A DNA stretch of 17,569 nucleotides from an uncultured ANME-1 euryarchaeote. GTDB taxonomy: Archaea; Halobacteriota; Syntropharchaeia; Alkanophagales; Methanospirareceae. The notes beneath the pieces are model-generated. The model saw nothing but the letters and a program-made list of their open reading frames with translations, was not told the origin of the DNA and did no database searches. This document shows, one piece after another, positions 14,298-17,569 of the stretch. Position 1 is the stretch's first letter. Each line of letters starts with the position of its first letter. The stretch covers positions 1-17,569 of the forward strand of contig CBDAFQ010000013.1 in NCBI GenBank assembly GCA_965195275.1, written 5' to 3'. A program made the position numbers and the translations under genes.

Positions 14298-15509
14298 CTA
14301 TTCTTCTTTCCGCGCTAAAAGATTACTCCAGCGCCGGTAATCACGCAATTTCCATGCACCCGCCTTCTTCAGGTCTAAAACACCACACACCGGCTTTTTA
14401 TCCAAAAAGTGGCAGTTCAAACAATTACCGTTACAGCCCTTAACCGGCTCAAACCTCTTACCATCCCCTTCTCTTACATAAATTGGTATATCCATACCCT
14501 CACAATTATTAGAACTCATAAACTCTTTGTTTAATCCTCTAACCTTCTTCCCGTCAAGTGACTCAAACTCCATACAGAGTCCCAGCGTCACCTTATTTCT
14601 ATCGCAAATCGCACGCATCGTTCTGAACAACTTTTTACGGTATTCTATCTTTGCATGAAAACGACCGCTCAGCACCTCTGTATACAACTGGTCCATCTTC
14701 CTTCTTGGTATTTTAAACCTTGCCTCAAGCTTGTCGTATAGCTCATACTTCAACGCTCGCGGAATATCCATACAACTTGCTATTATGTGCCCCGCACCAG
14801 CATCAACCACTTTCTGCACCAACGCATCTAAACCTTCTTCATCATCGGTCACATAAGGGATTATCGGGTCAATTCGGCACACTGCGAATATACCTGCATC
14901 GGAAAGCCGTTCTATATTTCGCACCAGTTCGTCTGTTGCTGCACCACCAGCCATCAGCCGTTCCCGCTTATCTTCCGCCATAGTGAGAATAGAGACCTCG
15001 CCAAACGAATGCTCTTGTTTTTTTATTGTTTTCAGTGCACGTTCGCTTATTCTTCCTTTTGTTGTGAACTGCACGGGGATATTGCGGTCAACAAACGCTC
15101 TTAATATCTTCTCACTCAATTCATATTTCGCATTTATTCGCTGGAACGGGTCCGTAACAGGCGAGAGATAGCCGCAGCTTGCAACATTTAGACCGTCCAA
15201 TTGCCTCGCAATTATTTTATCAAAATCATTGAATACCGCAAGAACTCCCCTCTCCCGAAAAATGCTGAAATAGCCGCCTAACGCATGTGAATAGCAAAAC
15301 ATGCAATTATGGCTACAGCCGTTATAAGGGTTTATCAATAGCTTTTCCGCGGTGCATTCCCGGTTCCCATAAGGTTCTATACCATTCCACCATCCGTGTA
15401 GCTCTTTATTCGATTCGACTAAGATATGCGGTATAGGAGATTTAATAACTTCAAATTGCTTGGTCGTTCTGCCAAATTCAACGCTTATCATAGATGATTT
15501 ATTATCCAT
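14298..15509 (-). CDS. Radical SAM protein of the SPL-like / COG1533 (SplB, so-called DNA repair photolyase) type
   Basis: NPYNGCSHNCMFCYSHALG contains the CX3CX2C radical-SAM cluster motif in the context typical of the SPL family. An additional C-terminal cysteine cluster is CNGNCLNCHFLDKKPVCG. Confidence 0.7.
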   Translation of the reverse strand: MDNKSSMISVEFGRTTKQFEVIKSPIPHILVESNKELHGWWNGIEPYGNRECTAEKLLINPYNGCSHNCMFCYSHALGGYFSIFRERGVLAVFNDFDKIIARQLDGLNVASCGYLSPVTDPFQRINAKYELSEKILRAFVDRNIPVQFTTKGRISERALKTIKKQEHSFGEVSILTMAEDKRERLMAGGAATDELVRNIERLSDAGIFAVCRIDPIIPYVTDDEEGLDALVQKVVDAGAGHIIASCMDIPRALKYELYDKLEARFKIPRRKMDQLYTEVLSGRFHAKIEYRKKLFRTMRAICDRNKVTLGLCMEFESLDGKKVRGLNKEFMSSNNCEGMDIPIYVREGDGKRFEPVKGCNGNCLNCHFLDKKPVCGVLDLKKAGAWKLRDYRRWSNLLARKEE

Positions 15510-15622
15510 AATATTTCTTTGGTAAATATATTGTTTCCGAGATTTGGTAAAGCTTTTAAAACTTTTTGAAAGAAAGGTTTTTGATAAATGATTTTATATC
15601 TTTTAATGATAAAGTAAGAATC

Positions 15623-16771
15623 ATGCCAAAAGTATCGGTCGTAATGCCATCATTGGATGAAGAAGGTACGGTTGGTCTTTGTATAGAAAAGATAAGGGGT
15701 GTATTTGATGAGAAACAGATAGATGGCGAGATAATTTTAGCTGATAATTCGACAGATAAAACACCGGAAATAGCACGAGCTCTTGGTGCAAAGGTCATAA
15801 CGCCAAAGAAGAGGGGATACGGCAATGCATACCTTGCTGGTCTTTCGCACGCAAAAGGTGATTTTATCGTTATTGCCGATGCCGATGGAACGTATGATTT
15901 ATCAGAGATGTGGCAATTTTTAGAGCCGTTGATAAATGGTGAAGCTGACTTTGTCATGGGTGACCGATTAGGTGGTAAAATCGAAAAAGGTGCGATGCCG
16001 AAGCTACATCAGTATATCGGCAATCCGCTTTTAACTGCGATTCTGAATCGGCTATTCAAAATTAGAATTTCTGATACACATTGCGGGATGCGTTCGTTCA
16101 CTAAGGCGGCATATGAGAAGCTGGATTTGAAAACGGGTGGGATGGAGTTTGCATCGGAGATGATTGTGGAGGCTGCACGTAAAAATATGCGGATCAAAGA
16201 GGTTACTATAAACTATTACCCAAGAAGCGCACCTTCTAAACTACACTCGTTTAGTGATGGCTGGCGGCATTTACGGTTCATGATGCTCTATAAGCCCGTG
16301 CCATTCCTATTCGTGCCGGGTACGCTGGTATTTCTGCTTGGCTTGTTATTAAGTCTTACGATTCTGCTGTGGGGCGATTCGGGAACGTCGCGTATGCATT
16401 CAGTCATCTTTAGCAGCATACTCGTTATTATCGGTGTTCAGACTATTGCCACAGGCATATACATAAAGGCATACGCTGCTGTTCAGGGCTTATGCGAAAA
16501 GGAAGGGTTCATCAAGAAGCTGTTGGACTACCACTCGCTGGAGAAGGAGCTTATCCTTGGTATTGCGCTGCTTTTGGTTGGATTGGCAATAGGTGTGAAA
16601 GTGGTGCTTACGTGGATGAGCGTGGGATTTGGCTCGCTATCAGAAGTTAACAATGCAGTTATGGCAATGGTACTCGCAGCGATCGGCATACAGTTGATAT
16701 TCACAGCGATATTTTTAAGTGTGTTATTGCTTGAGACGGGAGAGACAGAAAGCCAGGATGTTATCACGTAA
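15623..16771 (+). CDS. Family-2 glycosyltransferase (Dpm1/GtrB-like) with C-terminal transmembrane helices. The start is placed at MPKVSVVMP, not at the upstream track ATG at 15566.
   Basis: VSVVMPSLDEE ... ILADNSTD ... VIADADGTYD carries the GT2 DxD motif. The C-terminal approximately 150 aa are hydrophobic and consistent with TM helices. Confidence 0.8.
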   Translation: MPKVSVVMPSLDEEGTVGLCIEKIRGVFDEKQIDGEIILADNSTDKTPEIARALGAKVITPKKRGYGNAYLAGLSHAKGDFIVIADADGTYDLSEMWQFLEPLINGEADFVMGDRLGGKIEKGAMPKLHQYIGNPLLTAILNRLFKIRISDTHCGMRSFTKAAYEKLDLKTGGMEFASEMIVEAARKNMRIKEVTINYYPRSAPSKLHSFSDGWRHLRFMMLYKPVPFLFVPGTLVFLLGLLLSLTILLWGDSGTSRMHSVIFSSILVIIGVQTIATGIYIKAYAAVQGLCEKEGFIKKLLDYHSLEKELILGIALLLVGLAIGVKVVLTWMSVGFGSLSEVNNAVMAMVLAAIGIQLIFTAIFLSVLLLETGETESQDVIT

Positions 16772-17569
16772 ATCCGCCCTTATCGTAGCCGTTAATATTC
16801 TTTCCGCCTTTATTGGTTGGATTGGATTAGTTGTTATAGCACGTTTATGGGGCGGTTTTGCTCCAACAGCGATAGGAGTTATTGGTTTTGGTATGGCTTT
16901 TGTAGGTATGTTCAATGTTATAGCGGACTTAGGTTTTTCTGCGGCACACGTGAAAAGGATCTCCGAGGGCAATGATCTTGGCGAGTGCATTGGAACGTAT
17001 GCTACAATCAAGATATTGCTTACCTGCATAATGGCTGCTCTGGTTATTGGCGGGATAGCGATATGGAAATATGTCTTGCATAACGAATTTTTTGATGCAT
17101 CAAAAGAATCAGTTATCTATGTATTCATTCTTTACTACATCTTTACAAATCTCGCGTTTATCGCGCTGCAAACCTTTGTAGGTAGGAAAGAGATAGCAAA
17201 GAGAGAAGTTTCAAGGGCTTTTGAAGCTTTGGTTAGAGTGCCATTAATGATTTTGGTAGCTTTTGCTGGAGTAACCGGTATAGCAATGATAGCACCGGAA
17301 TTGGGCATTGATGAAATCAGTCCCTTGACATGGCCTGCTTTTCTCTCGCCAATACAAACTTTTATCGCTGCTCATGCTGTTGGCGCATTAGCTATGTGTT
17401 ATGCAATAGGTTTTGGTGCGGTTTTCCTCGTTGCTACATGGTTACTGAGAAGATATCCAATTAAACGGTATAATAAAGAATTGGCAAAGAGTTATCTCGT
17501 TTTTGCACTGCCGGTCATGTTCCTCTCGGTGACGAGCGTCATCTCTCTAAATGTAGATAAAGTAATGCT
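16758..17569 (+). CDS. Polytopic membrane protein, probably a Wzx/MATE-like oligosaccharide flippase (polysaccharide biosynthesis protein). It is 5' partial and runs off the window end.
   Basis: The ATG at 16758 overlaps the GT2 stop by 14 nt. The translation MLSRKSALIVAVNILSAFIGWIGLVVIARLWGGFAPTAIGVIGFGMAFVGMFNVIADLGFSAAHVKRISEG... is multi-TM with a flippase-like N-terminus. It is absent from the ORF track because it has no stop inside the window. Confidence 0.55.
   Translation, partial: MLSRKSALIVAVNILSAFIGWIGLVVIARLWGGFAPTAIGVIGFGMAFVGMFNVIADLGFSAAHVKRISEGNDLGECIGTYATIKILLTCIMAALVIGGIAIWKYVLHNEFFDASKESVIYVFILYYIFTNLAFIALQTFVGRKEIAKREVSRAFEALVRVPLMILVAFAGVTGIAMIAPELGIDEISPLTWPAFLSPIQTFIAAHAVGALAMCYAIGFGAVFLVATWLLRRYPIKRYNKELAKSYLVFALPVMFLSVTSVISLNVDKVM

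Noticed and set aside
14231-14443. 70-aa plus-strand ORF at the 3' end of the radical SAM gene
   Set aside because: It overlaps the C-terminus of the radical SAM gene on the opposite strand and has no promoter or ribosome-binding-site context, so it is probably spurious.
1-17569. CRISPR arrays, transposases or integrases, rRNA
   Set aside because: I found no regularly spaced direct repeats with unique spacers and no IS-like ORFs. The short tandem repeats present are 9-24 nt, lie within a coding linker or are local duplications.

Overview
This 17.6-kb window looks like an archaeal chromosomal segment, probably a euryarchaeon of the Methanomicrobia or Methanosarcinales type. The evidence is aIF5B, ribosomal protein S6e, an intron-containing tRNA with a C1-G72 pair, a PGF-CTERM (archaeosortase) sorting signal, archaeal-type phosphopantothenate synthetase, and AT-rich TATA-box promoters. 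Gene content is mostly housekeeping. In order it contains the uvrA N-terminus (partial, minus strand), an SPFH/stomatin-family protein, MoeA, an intron-containing tRNA-Tyr(GUA), an M42 peptidase, three small unknown ORFs, a UPF0200 P-loop kinase, a divergent wHTH protein next to a stand-alone dnaJ tightly linked to infB (aIF5B), a frameshifted HEPN (PaREP1-like) gene, rps6e, an HD-domain phosphohydrolase, an orphan PGF-CTERM solute-binding protein with a Thr/Pro-rich tandem-repeat linker, phosphopantothenate synthetase, an SPL-like radical SAM protein, and a GT2 glycosyltransferase overlapping the start of a Wzx-like flippase that runs off the window end. The most unusual signal is in the intergenic DNA rather than in a protein. 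One roughly 70-nt element, made of a GCTCAAAAA/TTTTTGAGC hairpin followed by TGAYAATGCAAAATNNAAANTGCAAAAGTCAAAG, recurs four times. Each copy sits at the 3' end of a gene, in that gene's sense orientation, and in two copies the hairpin straddles the stop codon. A second repeat family of about 160 bp occurs twice, and a GATACAAG/CTTGTATC hairpin occurs twice at convergent gene ends. I found no CRISPR array, transposase or obvious defence operon. Every call rests on reading motifs by eye, with no database search behind it.
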